This document shows, piece after piece, positions 8,959 to 19,800 of a stretch of 57,080 nucleotides of DNA. This DNA comes from Phycisphaeraceae bacterium (GTDB taxonomy: Bacteria > Planctomycetota > Phycisphaerae > Phycisphaerales > Zrk34), in the NCBI GenBank assembly GCA_040905565.1, contig JBBDRF010000011.1, positions 1 through 57,080 on the forward strand, written 5' to 3'. The position numbers and the translations under genes are program-made. The notes beneath the pieces were generated by a model. The model saw only the letters and a program-made list of their open reading frames with translations, was not told where the DNA came from and ran no database searches. How positions within the stretch are numbered: the first letter of the stretch is position 1; each line of letters opens with the position of its first letter.

Positions 8959-10751
8959 CGCCGCGCCTCCGCGGCCGCCGCCGTCGCTGCCTGCCGAGTC
9001 TTCGCCGCATCACGCGCTTCATCGCCCTGATCCTCACAATGCGTCACCCGCAGCACTTCCTCCAGACTGCTCCGACCGTCCGTCGCAATCAGCACCCCCT
9101 CCTCGCGCAGCGTCAGCATCCCCTCCTTTTGCGCCTGCGCCCGTAGATCATGCGAAGGAGCCGCGTGATGCACCATCCGCCGCAGCGCCGTGTTCACCTC
9201 CATCACTTCATAGATGCCCAGCCGCCCCGAGAACCCGCTGTTGTGACACTTGTCACACCCCGCCCCCTTGCGAAACGCCTTGCCCACCCGCTCCGGCAGC
9301 CCCGCATCATGCAGCACATGCTCAGCCGGATAATACTTCGTCGCACAATGCGGACAGATCGTCCTGCAAAGCCGCTGCGCCACCACCCCATTAATCGCAC
9401 TGCTCAAAAGATAAGGCTCAATCCCCATATCCAGCAGCCGCGCCACCGCACCCGGCGCATCATTCGTATGAAGCGTCGCCAGCACCAGGTGCCCCGTCAG
9501 CGCCGCCTGCACCGCCACCCTGGCCGTCTCTTCATCCCGGATCTCGCCGATCATGATCACGTCCGGGTCCTGCCGCAGAATCGTCCGCAGCGCCCGTGCG
9601 AACGTCAGCCCGATCCCCTCGCTCACATGCACCTGGTTCACCATATCCAGCTGATACTCAACCGGATCTTCCACCGTGATGATGTTCAGCTCCGGGCTCC
9701 GCAGCAGCTCCAGTGCCGAGTAGAGTGTCGTCGTCTTCCCCGAGCCCGTCGGCCCCGTCACCAGCACCAGCCCATGAGGCTGCCGCAGCACGCGCTCAAA
9801 AGTCGTCAACGCTTCCTTGCGAAAACCCAGCTGCTCCATCCGCACCTGCAGATTCGATTTGTCCAGAATCCGCAGACACATCTTCTCCCCCAGAAGCGTC
9901 GGCATCGAACTCACCCGCAAATCAATCTCACGCCCCTCCGCCACGATCCGCACCCGCCCCTCCTGAGGCAGCCGCTTCTCAGCAATGTCCATCTTCCCGA
10001 TCACCTTCACCCGCGAAATAATCGCAGCATGCATCCCCGCAGGAGGCTTCATCAGATCACGCAGCACCCCATCAATCCGGTACCGAATCCGCGTCCCCCG
10101 CTTATCCGGCTCAATGTGAATATCACTCGCTTTATCCTTGATCGCCGTCAGCAGCGCCACGTTCACCAGGTTGATGATCGGACTGCCCGCCACCATGTGA
10201 TCAAGGTCCGCAGCCGGCCCATCGTCCAGCGACTCCCGCTCCACCACCTCCACATCCGATTCCACCAACGACGTCAAAAACGCATCGACATCCACATCGC
10301 CGCTGGCGTACTTCTTAATGTACTCGCGCAGGTTCGGCTCGAGCACCAGCACCGGGTTGATCCGCCGACACCCCGTCAGCGCCCGCAGCCGATCGATCGT
10401 CGGCAAACTCTGAGGCTCCGCCATCGCCACTGTCATCGTGTCCCGCACCTTGAACATCGGAATGACCTTCAGCCGTTCCGCCTCTTCCTGCCCGATCATC
10501 TTCAGCAGCGCCGGATCGATCAGCCCGTGCCGCATCACGCACCCGCGCACGCCCAGCCGCCTGGCCAGAATCTTCACCAGCTGCCCCGCACTGATCACGC
10601 CCGTCTCGACCAGAATCTCGCCCAGCATGCGCCCGTGCCGCTTCTGCTCGCGCAGCGTCTCCTGAAGCTGCTCCTCCGTCAGCACCCCCTCCTGCACCAG
10701 CACTTCACCAATGCGCAGTCGCGATGTTCTTGGTCCTGCAGGATCGCTCAC
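8955..10751 (-). CDS. pilB: PilB/GspE assembly ATPase with N-terminal MshEN-like motif
   Basis: Walker A GPTGSGKTT, EDPVE, LRQDPDVIMIGEIRD, TLHTND, Zn motif CPHC..CDKC. Confidence 0.92.
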   Translation of the reverse strand: MSDPAGPRTSRLRIGEVLVQEGVLTEEQLQETLREQKRHGRMLGEILVETGVISAGQLVKILARRLGVRGCVMRHGLIDPALLKMIGQEEAERLKVIPMFKVRDTMTVAMAEPQSLPTIDRLRALTGCRRINPVLVLEPNLREYIKKYASGDVDVDAFLTSLVESDVEVVERESLDDGPAADLDHMVAGSPIINLVNVALLTAIKDKASDIHIEPDKRGTRIRYRIDGVLRDLMKPPAGMHAAIISRVKVIGKMDIAEKRLPQEGRVRIVAEGREIDLRVSSMPTLLGEKMCLRILDKSNLQVRMEQLGFRKEALTTFERVLRQPHGLVLVTGPTGSGKTTTLYSALELLRSPELNIITVEDPVEYQLDMVNQVHVSEGIGLTFARALRTILRQDPDVIMIGEIRDEETARVAVQAALTGHLVLATLHTNDAPGAVARLLDMGIEPYLLSSAINGVVAQRLCRTICPHCATKYYPAEHVLHDAGLPERVGKAFRKGAGCDKCHNSGFSGRLGIYEVMEVNTALRRMVHHAAPSHDLRAQAQKEGMLTLREEGVLIATDGRSSLEEVLRVTHCEDQGDEARDAAKTRQAATAAAAEARR

Positions 10752-11083
10752 AAAAAGCTCCTCACCGCATGCGTCGCGTCGTCGTACTGCTCAAAATGAG
10801 ACGCCAGATCCGTCAGCTCCAGCACCTCGCGCACCGTCTCGTTCACCCGACACAGCCGCAGCGCCCGCCCCTGCTCCGCCATCTGCTCGCTGACATCCAG
10901 CAGCACCTCAAGCCCGCTCGAATCCACAAACGGCACGTCGTTCAGATCCACCACCACCCGCCCCATCGCATCGCAATGCAGCGCCTCCAGCCGTGTACGA
11001 AACGCGTCAATCTCCTCCGCCACCAGCGCGCCCTCAGGCTTAATCACCATCACCGCGCCGTGCCGTTGCTCACCAATCTGCAT
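10748..11083 (-). CDS. STAS-domain anti-sigma factor antagonist
   Basis: VVVDLNDVPFVDSSGLEVL with the conserved phospho-Ser. Translationally coupled to pilB. Confidence 0.9.
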   Translation of the reverse strand: MQIGEQRHGAVMVIKPEGALVAEEIDAFRTRLEALHCDAMGRVVVDLNDVPFVDSSGLEVLLDVSEQMAEQGRALRLCRVNETVREVLELTDLASHFEQYDDATHAVRSFL

Positions 11084-11112
11084 CGCATGTCACTCCTGGT
11101 CTGAAGGCTTTC

Positions 11113-12960
11113 TCAGGCCGCTTGGTTGCTGGGCATCCGCATCGTGAAGGTCGAACCCTTGTCGATCTCCGACCGCACGTCGATATCCCCACCATGCAGC
11201 CGCATCACGTCACGCGCCAGCGCCAGCCCAAGACCCGAACCGGTGATCTCCCGAATCCGCCGATCCTGCGCCCGGTAGAACTTCTCGAACACCCGCAGCT
11301 GATCCGCATCGCTGATGCCGATGCCCGTGTCCGTCACCTCCACCACCAGTTGGTCCGCTTCAAGTTCCACATTCACCACCACACTGCCACCGGTCGGCGT
11401 GTACTTCAGCGCATTGCCCAAAAGGTTATGAAGCGCCAGCACCACCATGTCCCGATCCGCCTGAATCACCGGCAGCTTCGGCGGCAGATTAAACACAAGC
11501 TTCACGTTCTTCTCCTTCGCCTGCGCTTCGTAATCCGCCTGCAACTCAGCGAACACATCCGCCACCCGCACATCGTCCCGCTTCACCTGAAGCGACCCCG
11601 CATCGATCTCCGCTGTGCTCAACATGTCCGTCACGATCCGCTCAAGCCTGCGCGATTCACTGTTGATCACGTTCAGACACTTCGACCGCAACGCTGCATC
11701 CTCTTCCCCCTCTTCCAGCGCCGTCTCCACGTACAGCCGAATGTTCGTCAACGGCGTCCGCAGTTCATGCGTCGCCTGCGCCACGAACGCATGCCTTGCC
11801 TCCTCCGCCACACGCTGCTGGGTGATGTCTTCAATCACGATCATCGCCGTGGCTGCGTCATCACGCCGGCCGGGTCGAATCGTCCATCGCAACACACCCT
11901 GCCCCACGTTCTGCTGATTCCACTCCGTCTCCACCACTGCACGCCGTCTCGGGCCAGCTTCGCCCCAGCTCCGCAGCACGGTCAACACGGAATCCGCGTT
12001 CACCACGTCGCGAACATCCTTTGAAATCAGGGCTTTTCGGTTCGTCCGCAAAAATACCGAAGCCGCCCCGTTCGCGTACTTGATCCGCATCGCCTCGTCG
12101 ATGAGCAGCAGGCCCTGAGGCATCGCGTCCCACGCCGCATCAAGCTCGCTGCGAGGCTGACGATGCTGATGCAGACTCACGCGCGCCCGCTCCGCCGTCA
12201 TCTCATGCCGAAGCTGATCGGTCTGCTTCAGCATCCCGTTCCACGCCGAGGCCTCCGCCCCAAGGTCATCGCTCACCGTCAACGCCGCCGAGGTTGTCTC
12301 GCCGCGCTCGATCGCCATCAACGCTTCACGAATCGCACCCAGCGATCGCAGACGACTGCGTGTGTAGCGATAAACCATCAACAGCGCCAGCATTGCCGTC
12401 GCGCCGATCAACCCCACCCCCGCCTGCGCTTCCCATAGCGCGCCCACCGGTTGCTTGATCGTGCCCCGCACTTCAAGCGTCGCATCACCTCGGCCCGCCA
12501 CCTGCAACGGCAACCGCAAAGTTACCGCATCGTTCTCAATCTCCTGCACCGCTTCACCGACCGATCCACCCGGCCAATCGTCAGGCATCAAACGAACCGT
12601 AATGCGCGAAGCTTCCGCGTCCGCAATCACCTGCTCATCAGGAAGAACGACGCGCGCCTGGTCGAGATCGTGCTTTTGCGCCGCATCGGCCAGCAGCTGC
12701 CTTAGCGACGAAAGCTCGTCCCGCGCCAGCATCAATTCCGAGCTTGCTGCCAGCACCCCGCCGACCGCCTCAACATGCTGCACGGTCGTGCTTTGGATAT
12801 GGGCCCGTTGTGTCCGCACCGCCCACCACGCCGACGCGGCCATCGCGCATAGAATGATGACGGCGAGAGCCATCCCTACCCACGCCACCATCGATTCGCC
12901 GCGTAGCAATAATCTACTGCGGCGCGGGGTTTCTCCTGGCTCGGCCGATTGCATACTCAT
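11113..12960 (-). CDS. Membrane PAS-domain sensor histidine kinase
   Basis: Two TM helices, PAS-like region, H-box ATHELRTPL, N-box NLLGNALKY, DTGIGI, GSGLGL. Start uncertain (ORF extends to 13041). Confidence 0.9.
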   Translation of the reverse strand: MSMQSAEPGETPRRSRLLLRGESMVAWVGMALAVIILCAMAASAWWAVRTQRAHIQSTTVQHVEAVGGVLAASSELMLARDELSSLRQLLADAAQKHDLDQARVVLPDEQVIADAEASRITVRLMPDDWPGGSVGEAVQEIENDAVTLRLPLQVAGRGDATLEVRGTIKQPVGALWEAQAGVGLIGATAMLALLMVYRYTRSRLRSLGAIREALMAIERGETTSAALTVSDDLGAEASAWNGMLKQTDQLRHEMTAERARVSLHQHRQPRSELDAAWDAMPQGLLLIDEAMRIKYANGAASVFLRTNRKALISKDVRDVVNADSVLTVLRSWGEAGPRRRAVVETEWNQQNVGQGVLRWTIRPGRRDDAATAMIVIEDITQQRVAEEARHAFVAQATHELRTPLTNIRLYVETALEEGEEDAALRSKCLNVINSESRRLERIVTDMLSTAEIDAGSLQVKRDDVRVADVFAELQADYEAQAKEKNVKLVFNLPPKLPVIQADRDMVVLALHNLLGNALKYTPTGGSVVVNVELEADQLVVEVTDTGIGISDADQLRVFEKFYRAQDRRIREITGSGLGLALARDVMRLHGGDIDVRSEIDKGSTFTMRMPSNQAA

Positions 12961-13140
12961 GCCCTGCACCCTTTGCGTCCATCTAAGACTCCCCGAACTT
13001 GAAGCTTTACATGGATTTGATATCGGCCGATGGGCCGTCAACTTTAATGGCGGTATTGTTTTTCATGATTCGCCGTCGGGCCCGAGCCTGCTAAGATGTG
13101 CCGTTTCCCTATTCCCATTCCGTTGATCAGGGCTTTCCCC

Positions 13141-14832
13141 ATGACGCCATTCCCGCACCTCCGCCTGCCCCGCCTCCACGCACGCCTGATGCGCACTGCA
13201 CTGTCGGCCGCCCTGTTTCTGAGCCTATTACTGGCCCCCGCGACGGCTGAAAACACGCCAGATCGCGATTCCGACGCGATTATTGACGGTTATCACGACT
13301 TTCAAACCCTCCGTGAAACGGCTCATAACCTCGCCGATGCGCACGAAACCGTCACCGTCGAAAAACTCGGCACGACCCTCGGCGGGCGCGGCGTCGGCCT
13401 GATCACCCTCGCGCACCCCGACGTCGACCCGGCCACCAACCCCGCGATTTTGATCCTCGGCCAGGAGCACGCGCCGCACCTGCTCGGCTCGGAACTCGCG
13501 CTCCGCATCGCTGCCGATCTCGCCGAGCGCGAGGACCTGCTTCGACGCGTGACGTTCTACATCATCCCGCGGCCGAGCCCCGACGCCTCCGAAGCATTCT
13601 TCACGCTGCCTTACTATCAGCGGACCACGAACCTTCGCCCGACCGATGACGACAACGATGGCCTGCACAGCGAAGACGGCCCCAACGATCTCAACGACGA
13701 CGGCTACGTCACACAACTTCGCATCGCCGATCCCGAAGGCACGCACACGCCTCACGCCGACGATGACCGCGTGATGGTTAAAGCCCCGCCCGACACGCCT
13801 GCCGATGAGCGGTACACCATCATCACCGAAGCGAAGGATGATGATGGCGACGAACGCATCGGCGAGGATGGGCCGGGCGGGGTGGCGTTCGATCTGAACT
13901 TTCCGTTTGAGTATCCCTACTTCAAGCGAGGGGCGGGGCCTCACCAGGTGAGTGAGGTTGAGACGCGAAGCGTGGCGGACTTTGCGTTTGATCATCCGAA
14001 CATTGCGGCGGTTTTCACCTTTAGTCCGCGTGACAATCTGCTGCACCCGTGGAAGCCGAACCCGGGCGCGGAGCAGCAGCGGATCAAGACAACGCTGCAG
14101 TCGGACGACGCGCCGTACTACGGGCAGATCATCGAGCGTTATAAAACACATCATGCGGCAGGCGACCCGCCACCGGCGATGGAAGGCGGCGGCGACTTCG
14201 TGCAGTGGGCGTACTTCCACTACGGTCGGCTGTCACTGGCCGCCCGCGCATGGGCCCCGCCCAAAGCTGAGGGGGAGGATGCGCCGGACCATCGTGACCT
14301 TGCCGTGCTCGACTGGTTTGAGCGCGAGGGCATGGACGGTTTTGTTGACTGGCAAGTCATCGATCATCCGGACTATCCCGGGAAGCGTGTTGAGGTGGGT
14401 GGCTTCAAGCCGTTCGTTCGGTTGAACCCGCCGGCTGAAATGCTGGATGATCTTGCCGACACGCATGGCGCGTTTGTGGTTGACCTTGCGGAGATGTTGC
14501 CGCGGTTGGTGCTGCGGGATGTGAAGGTTGAGCCGTTGGATGGCGGGCTTGTGCGTGTGACGGTGCGGGTGGTGAACGAAGGTTCGCTGCCGAGCGTGAT
14601 GCGGATGGGCGCGATCAACAAGGTGCCGGAACCGGTGCGTTTGAAGCTTGAGTTGCCGGATGATCCGGACGCGGAGCTGTTGACCGGCGACAGCCGGGTG
14701 ACGCTGCCGGCGCTGCGTGGGAACGGCGGATCACATGAGCAGACGTGGTTGATTCGCACGGAGGCGGAGTTGCTGCAGCTGACGGTCGAAGGGCCGGCGG
14801 TGCATGGCGATTCGCATGAGGTTGAGTGGTGA
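13141..14832 (+). CDS. Secreted M14 carboxypeptidase-like protein, degenerate Zn site
   Basis: Signal peptide, M14 fold motifs, DxDxDG repeats. HxxE is replaced by HAPH. Start is 13141 or 13189. Confidence 0.75.
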   Translation: MTPFPHLRLPRLHARLMRTALSAALFLSLLLAPATAENTPDRDSDAIIDGYHDFQTLRETAHNLADAHETVTVEKLGTTLGGRGVGLITLAHPDVDPATNPAILILGQEHAPHLLGSELALRIAADLAEREDLLRRVTFYIIPRPSPDASEAFFTLPYYQRTTNLRPTDDDNDGLHSEDGPNDLNDDGYVTQLRIADPEGTHTPHADDDRVMVKAPPDTPADERYTIITEAKDDDGDERIGEDGPGGVAFDLNFPFEYPYFKRGAGPHQVSEVETRSVADFAFDHPNIAAVFTFSPRDNLLHPWKPNPGAEQQRIKTTLQSDDAPYYGQIIERYKTHHAAGDPPPAMEGGGDFVQWAYFHYGRLSLAARAWAPPKAEGEDAPDHRDLAVLDWFEREGMDGFVDWQVIDHPDYPGKRVEVGGFKPFVRLNPPAEMLDDLADTHGAFVVDLAEMLPRLVLRDVKVEPLDGGLVRVTVRVVNEGSLPSVMRMGAINKVPEPVRLKLELPDDPDAELLTGDSRVTLPALRGNGGSHEQTWLIRTEAELLQLTVEGPAVHGDSHEVEW

Positions 14833-14845
14833 GGGTGGATGTTGA

Positions 14846-14985
14846 ACAACGAGCCTCGACCGTGAGCGAGCGGACCAGTGATCGGCCTTGTCGTGTCGGT
14901 GGCTTATGGCTGTGGTGGGAGGGAAGTTCGGGCGACGCGTTGCGTTTTTACGCACAACCGCTCCCTTACGGTCGCGGCTCGTTGT
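14846..14985. repeat. REP-like inverted doublet, family 1
   Basis: ACAACGAGCCTCGACCGTGAGCGAGCGG (14846-14873) inverted to CCGCTCCCTTACGGTCGCGGCTCGTTGT (14958-14985). Confidence 0.8.
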
Positions 14986-15024
14986 GGGGCGTTTGCTGAG
15001 AGATTTTTCATTACGAGTGGAACT

Positions 15025-16764
15025 ATGAATCATAGAGCGATGTTCACGGTTGCGGTGTTGGCGGTTGTTTTGCTTGGGGTGGGTGTGTCGGCTGGGGCAG
15101 ACGCATCCGGTTATCGTGCGGCGGGGTCGCCGCCTGATCCGAAGGTTGAGGTGCGGTGGAACCGTTATTACGACCATGCTGAGGCGACCGAGCTGATTCA
15201 CCAGATGGCGGAGGCTTATCCGGAGCTGGTGAGCGTGGAGAGTCTGGGTGAGAGTCATGAAGGGCGTGAACTCTGGCTGATGACGATTACGGATCCCGAC
15301 GCGGGTGAACCGGGGACGAAGCCGGGCTTCTGGATTGACGGGGCGATTCACGGCAACGAACTTCAGGCGACGGAGACGGTGCTTTACACCGCTTGGTACC
15401 TGCTGGAAATGCAGGGGCACAACGCGTTCATCACGCAGCTACTGAAGGATCGGACCTTTTACCTGATGCCGATGATGAGCCCGGACGCGCGCGATCATCA
15501 CATGCATCATCCGAACACCACGCATACGCCTCGCACGGGGATGGTGGGATTTGATGATGTTGAAGGCAACCCGATGGGCTTCGACGATCTGGATGGCGAC
15601 GGGCACATTACGCAGATGCGGGTGCGCGATCCGGATGGTCGGTACGTGCCTCATCCGGAGTATCCGAACCTGATGGTGCGGGCGCGGGCCGATGAACGGG
15701 GCGAGTATCGGTTGCTGGGTTGGGAGCGGCGGCTGGCGGAGGATGCGGATCAGGAAGATCTGCGACGGCGGGCTTATGACCCTAACCGCGACTGGCCCTG
15801 GCAATGGCAGCCGAGCTATGTGCAGCAGGGTGCTTTTCGGTATCCGTTCTCGGTGCCTGCGAACCGGGCGGTGGCGGAGTTTCTGCTATCACGTCGGAAC
15901 ATTGCGGGGGCGCAGTCTTATCACAACACGGGCGGGATGATTCTGCGTGGGCCTGGCGCGCCGGGCGATGCGTACAGCCGGGAGGATCTGCGTGTTTTCG
16001 ATACGATCGGTGAGCGTGGTGAGATGATTCTGCCGGGCTATGACTATCTTGAATTGCGATCGGATCTGTATCCGGGGTACGGGGTGGAGCTGGATTATTT
16101 TTATGCGATGCGTGGGGCGATTGCGTACACGAATGAGCTTTTTACGACGTTCAATCTGTTTCGTGAGGAGACGCCGGGTCTGTTCGGCTCGGACGAAGAG
16201 CTGCACAAGTTTGATCGGTATTTGCTGATGGGCGAGGGGATCACGCCGTGGCAGGAAGTGGAGCATCCGGATCTGGGGACGATTGAGGTGGGCGGGTTGA
16301 AATCGAACTGGTTAAGGCAGCCGCCTTCGTTTTTGCTGGAGGAGGAAGCGCATCGGAGCATGGCGTTTACGTTGTACCACGCGGACCAGATGCCGTTGGT
16401 TCGGGTTCGTGATGTTCAGGTGGAGGACCTGGGCGGTGGGCTGATGCAGGTGACGGCGAGCTTTGCAAATGATCGTCTGCAACCGACGCGGCTGGGCATT
16501 GATGTGCAGCGCGAGATTACGCCGCCTGATCGGGCGCAGCTGATCGGCGAGGATGTTGAGGTGGTGACGGCGATGGTTGCGGACGAGCCTTACTTTCGTG
16601 AGGCGCGTGAGCAGACGTATCAGATGGATGATGTGCGGATCGAGCGCATCGGCGGGCTGGATGCGGTGCATGTGCGATGGATTGTGCGCGGGGATGTGGC
16701 GGGCGCGACGGTGCGGATTCAGTCGCATAAGGGCGGGAGTGGGGAAATGGTCATTGGCGACTGA
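15025..16764 (+). CDS. Secreted M14 zinc carboxypeptidase
   Basis: Signal peptide from MNHRAMF. GAIHGNE (HxxE), DPNRDW, QSYHNTGG, TNEL. The upstream ORF extension runs through the REP and was discarded. Confidence 0.85.
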   Translation: MNHRAMFTVAVLAVVLLGVGVSAGADASGYRAAGSPPDPKVEVRWNRYYDHAEATELIHQMAEAYPELVSVESLGESHEGRELWLMTITDPDAGEPGTKPGFWIDGAIHGNELQATETVLYTAWYLLEMQGHNAFITQLLKDRTFYLMPMMSPDARDHHMHHPNTTHTPRTGMVGFDDVEGNPMGFDDLDGDGHITQMRVRDPDGRYVPHPEYPNLMVRARADERGEYRLLGWERRLAEDADQEDLRRRAYDPNRDWPWQWQPSYVQQGAFRYPFSVPANRAVAEFLLSRRNIAGAQSYHNTGGMILRGPGAPGDAYSREDLRVFDTIGERGEMILPGYDYLELRSDLYPGYGVELDYFYAMRGAIAYTNELFTTFNLFREETPGLFGSDEELHKFDRYLLMGEGITPWQEVEHPDLGTIEVGGLKSNWLRQPPSFLLEEEAHRSMAFTLYHADQMPLVRVRDVQVEDLGGGLMQVTASFANDRLQPTRLGIDVQREITPPDRAQLIGEDVEVVTAMVADEPYFREAREQTYQMDDVRIERIGGLDAVHVRWIVRGDVAGATVRIQSHKGGSGEMVIGD

Positions 16765-16792
16765 TTATTGGTGATTGGTTATTTGGGGGGGA

Positions 16793-16818
16793 CCGGCGAG
16801 GCGTAGCCTCGCGGCTAT
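16793..16818. repeat. REP-like palindrome, family 2
   Basis: CCGGCGAGGCGTAGCCTCGCGGCTAT, 24/26 identical to 25233-25258. Confidence 0.6.
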
Positions 16819-19800
16819 TGTTGTTGGGGGTTGGTGATTTTATTGGGGAGTTGGTTTAGCCATGTTTTTTCGAGGGGTTCGTAGGGGCGGAACTTTTCGA
16901 AGACGCCTTGCTCTTCGCTGCAGAGGATGGCGCGGTATTGGCCGAGCGTGGCGGCTTCGGGGGAATCGATGAGGTTGGCGGAATCGGTGGCGCTCATCTG
17001 GAAGAGGACGCGCCAATCGAATTCACGCAGGGCGGAGCGATCGAGGGTGCGATCGAGGGCGATGGGGGTGTCGGCCCAGGTGACGACGTGCATGCCGAGC
17101 GGCGGGCCCTCGCGGAGAAGCTCAGCGAAGATCTTGTCGGGCGAGGGGGCGGCGGACTCGTCTTCATCGCGGAAAGAGAGCGAGAAATCGTCTTCTTTTT
17201 TGCGGAGAGTTCGGTAACGCTGGAGGCCGACGATGAAGATGAAGCAGGCAGGGAGATGGTCGGCCTCGGAGCCGGGTTGCTGGCGGGAGGTGAGTTCTTC
17301 GTTGAGTTGAGTGAACGCTTCGTCGGTTTCGCTGGGCGGGACGATGCGGGCATCATGCGGGACGGCGGCGGCGACCCGGGCGAGGAGGTCGGCGTGCGGG
17401 GAATCAGCGGGGGTGGCGTCGAAGATGAGGAAGGTGGCATCTTCAGGGCTGTGCTGAGCGGCGAGGCTGAGGAGCCCGGCGGCGAACATGGCGAGGGCGG
17501 CTTCGTCACGCTGACCGACCATGAGGAGGTTGGAGCCGCTGCGGCGGGCGAGGACGGCGGCGCTGGGGGCCTTGATGGTGATGGGCTCGCCGAGCCAGAT
17601 GAGCGGTTCGTTCGGCGGCGTGGCGGGCGGAGTTTGAGCTTGGAGCAGCGCAGCGAGGGTGCGATTCTTGCGGACGTCGGCGGCGGCGTTGCCTTCGAAA
17701 ACGATGGGCGGTTCGGCGTCGGGGAAACGCTCAGCGGCGAGACGGGAGGCTTCGGAGAGATAGTGTTCGCGCTGGCGGTCATCGAGCCAGGCGACCTGGA
17801 AGGGGTTATTGCCTTCGATGGCGCCGCCGGCGTCGTTGTAGATCGCTTCGCCGGGGCGGGTGAGCAGGCGAGCGGCGGCGTTGGTGTCTTCGAAGATGAG
17901 CTGAGAATCGGATTCGTTGCACTGGAGCGCGATCCGGATCGCCATTTGGCCGATGGTGCTGCGCGAGAGCCCGCCGCCGCCTGCGAGGGTTTGCGAGCCG
18001 AGGAGGACGTGGATGCCGAAGGCGCGGCCCTGACGGACGAGACGGTCGATAAGGAGCGATGCGTCTTGCGCGATCTTGTCGTCCTGGGAGAAGAGCTCCT
18101 GGAACTCGTCGATGATGAGCAGCGAGCGGGGCATGGGTTGGTCGGGGACGGCGCGGCGGTATTCGCCGAGCACCTGGACGCCTGCTTTGCGGAAGAGCTC
18201 GCCTCGGTGTTCGAGTTCGGCATCGAGTCGGCGGAGGACGCTTAGGCCGAATTCGCGGTCACTTTCGACGGCGACGGCGCGGGCGTGGGGGAGATTGTGG
18301 GTGGCGTAGGTTTTGAATTCGACGCCTTTTTTGAAGTCGACGAGGTAGAACTCGACTTGGTCGGGGGAGTACCAGAGTGCGAGGTTGGTGACCATGGCGT
18401 GCATGAGGGTTGATTTGCCGGAGCCTGTTTTGCCGGCCATGAGCGCGTGCTGGGCGACGCCTTTGCCGAGCGAGAGTTCCTGCATGCGGGTGGCGCCGGA
18501 GCGGCCGATGGGGACGCGGAGTTCGAAATCGCACGTGGCGGTCCAGAACTCGGCGGGGGTGGGGGCGATGGTGCTGAAGGGCATTTCGACACGGTCGCCT
18601 TCGCGGGCTTTGTTGCCGACGGTGCGGACGATCTGGGAGAGCTGTTCGTCGGTGGGCGGAGCGTCGAGCGTGAGGGGGTAGTGCTTGTAGGGTTCGTCGG
18701 GCCAGGTGAAGGTTTTGCGTTCGTGGGTGAGGGTGGTGGCGGCGGCGCGGAGGTCGTCGACAGTGAGGCCGGTGGGCAGGGGATGGCGACGATCGCGGGC
18801 GAGGAGGACGTAGACGCCGCAGCGTGCGCCGTTGGTCATGATGGCGTGGAGGCGCTGGGCGGCGGCTTCGTCGATGTTCTTGGGGAAGTCGGCGAGGACG
18901 AGGAAGCGGTAGGGTTCGGCCAGTTCGCCGGCCTGGGCGTTGAAGGCGTCGATGGTGGCGAACTCGTTGCGGAGGTACTTCTGGATGACCGTTTCCATGT
19001 GCTCGGTGAGCTCGGCGAGGCGGCGCTGGATGTGTTCGGGTTCGGTCCAGATGCGTTGGCCGACGAGCAGTTCGTTATAGTCGGCGAGATGCATGAAGCC
19101 GGCGAAGGTGGCGCCGAGGCCGACAGGATCGATGAAAGTGAAGCGGGCGCGGGCGGGGGGAAGGGTGACCATGAGGCGGGCGACGATGCTGCGGAGGAGG
19201 GCAAGGGCGGCGTCGCGGCTGGGGGCATCGTGCTCGAACATGAGCGAGCCGTGCTCGGCGAAGGCGAGCGTGGCGGGGAGGTCGAACGCGTGGGGGAGGT
19301 TGGTGCGATAGCGGTCGCTGCCGCCTGAGCTGCCGCTCATCCGATCTGGTTCGACATGCAACTGCCCAATGCGAATGACGGCGGCGGCTGGGCGCGCGGG
19401 TTGCCAGTCGGACCAGTCGTGATCGTGCCAGGGATGGTGGTAGACATCGGGCAGATGGTCGACCTGATCGAGCACCTGACGCATCGGCTGCGTGCCTTGG
19501 GCCCAGCGATCTTGGAGCTGTTGGTAAGCCTGTTCGGCTTCGTCGTCGAGCGCCTGCTGCCGCTTGTTGGTGCGGGCATCGAGTTGCGAAATGCTGCGGC
19601 TGAACTGGCCTTCGACGGCATCGGTCTTCTCGCGGCGCCACTGTTCGATGCTGCCGGCGATCTGGTCGGCCTCGGCCTGAATGGCCTCGCAACGCTGCTT
19701 GTAGCGAGCCTGGATCTGATCGGTGAGCTTCTTGCGGCGAGCGGTGAACTTCTCCAGCAGCGGTGCGTGCTTGCCCTTGGCGCGGTCGCGTTCGTCGTTG

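Noticed and set aside
9150..10799. Long antisense ORFs (also 16908-18245, 30051-31559, 39539-40930, 48003-49628)
   Set aside because: Shadow frames of well-supported genes in high-GC DNA, with no recognisable motifs.
14878..15024. N-terminal extension of the second M14 peptidase
   Set aside because: It runs through a REP element. The signal peptide starts at ATG 15025.
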